From positions 1 through 64,000 of IMG/VR virus record IMGVR_UViG_3300032268_000986: a DNA stretch of 64,000 bases; one strand, written 5' to 3'. The position numbers and the translations under genes are program-made. The notes under the pieces are model-generated. The model did not search any database. It was not told the origin of the DNA and saw only the letters and a list, made by a program, of their open reading frames with translations. Of this stretch, positions 63,176-64,000 are shown piece by piece; positions within the stretch are counted from its first letter, which is position 1; every line of letters starts with the position of its first letter.

Positions 63176-64000
63176 TCAGAGGTAACTTTCTAGCCCACCG
63201 CGTCGACGAATGTCTTGTGTGCAGCATGAGATGCCACCGTCCCAGAAATAGCTGTGACGCAGTTCTGAGATGATGGGTTCAATGCCGTGTCTGCGACAGT
63301 AGTCAAACACCTGTTTGTTGTAGGCTGAGAAAATCACATGTGATTCGTCCAGCACAAGACAATTGACATCAAACACAGTTTCAGCCACAAAGCCAGTCCA
63401 GTTCTTGAGATAGGTGTTCACAAAGTCAGTGAACTCAGGTGTGGGTGTTTGTCCTTGCACGTACCATGCCCCAGGATTGTTTTCATACTTGAACTTGCCC
63501 ACTTCCATAGCAGCCCAGATTGAACTGTCCCATACCTTGCACACATCCCAGCCCGGGAAGTCGGCAGCAAGGTCCAGATTTACATCATGCTTGCTGCTCA
63601 ACAACACACCGGGTTTTAGGATAGCAAACACAGCATCGCCGTGTCCGTCTGTGATGGCTTCGTGTATGCGATATTCAGCACCCAGCACATTGTCCACGAT
63701 CCAACGTGTTTGATCCGGGCGCAAAAAATCTGAGTTGTCAAAGAACACATCACGACCCACTCGCACAATGCATGATGCCGACGCACCATTTAGGATGCAG
63801 TTCTCATCCCAGCCTGTGGCACCGTGTGGATTGATCACACTGCCCGGCTGTGCTGCTGCATACTCGGCACAGAGTGAATCAAGTTCCTGCATGGGCAACA
63901 CACGCAACAATTTATCGCCCAGTGTGATCTGCCAGTCTCTTGGTGTGAGTGGCGGCAGTGGAGCACCACTGCCGTTTATTTGTCCTTGAATGAATTGATC
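63176..64000 (-). CDS. Amidinotransferase (glycine/inosamine-phosphate amidinotransferase family), 5'-truncated by the window edge
   Basis: PRD, GHGDAVF, FDVNCL, WDGGISCCTQDIRR; the frame stays open from 63910 to the window end. Confidence 0.85.
   Translation of the reverse strand, partial: DQFIQGQINGSGAPLPPLTPRDWQITLGDKLLRVLPMQELDSLCAEYAAAQPGSVINPHGATGWDENCILNGASASCIVRVGRDVFFDNSDFLRPDQTRWIVDNVLGAEYRIHEAITDGHGDAVFAILKPGVLLSSKHDVNLDLAADFPGWDVCKVWDSSIWAAMEVGKFKYENNPGAWYVQGQTPTPEFTDFVNTYLKNWTGFVAETVFDVNCLVLDESHVIFSAYNKQVFDYCRRHGIEPIISELRHSYFWDGGISCCTQDIRRRGGLESYL

Noticed and set aside
63140-63275. TAAATA plus a short plus-strand ORF antisense to the amidinotransferase
   Set aside because: Only 33 codons, almost fully overlapping a conserved gene; the AT-rich AATAAA/TTTATT spacer is more simply a gap between convergent genes
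1-64000. Alternative genetic code (stop-codon reassignment, as in some large phages)
   Set aside because: Long conserved genes are intact in the standard code, and TAA, TAG and TGA all terminate genes at expected positions

Overview
This window is a 64-kb segment of a large T4-like (myovirus, probably jumbo) bacteriophage genome, read in the standard genetic code. From left to right it carries: (1) the 5' part of a tape-measure-like gene on the minus strand, absent from the ORF track; (2) gp26/gp51-like baseplate-hub chaperone genes that appear joined by a -1 frameshift site; (3) a small three-gene module including an aminoacyl-tRNA-protein-transferase-like gene; (4) a ~450-nt, highly structured non-coding region directly behind a small GIY-YIG nuclease gene; (5) gp46/gp47 (Rad50/Mre11-like) recombination genes split by an insertion of a Bug/TctC solute-binding protein and two adenylate-forming enzymes; (6) a gp55-like late sigma factor; (7) a baseplate/tail operon (tube initiator, gp53, hub, gp5, gp25, gp6, a 4790-aa wedge/fibre protein, tail fibres); and (8) an ~18.5-kb enzyme cluster with glycosyltransferase-like, SGNH, sulfotransferase-like, five twitch-type radical SAM, carbamoyltransferase and amidinotransferase genes. 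The best candidates for undescribed biology are the GIY-YIG-linked structured RNA, the glycan-tailoring cluster beside the tail fibres, the gp26-gp51 frameshift and repeated apparently leaderless promoters. All protein calls come from motif recognition by eye; no database search was run.
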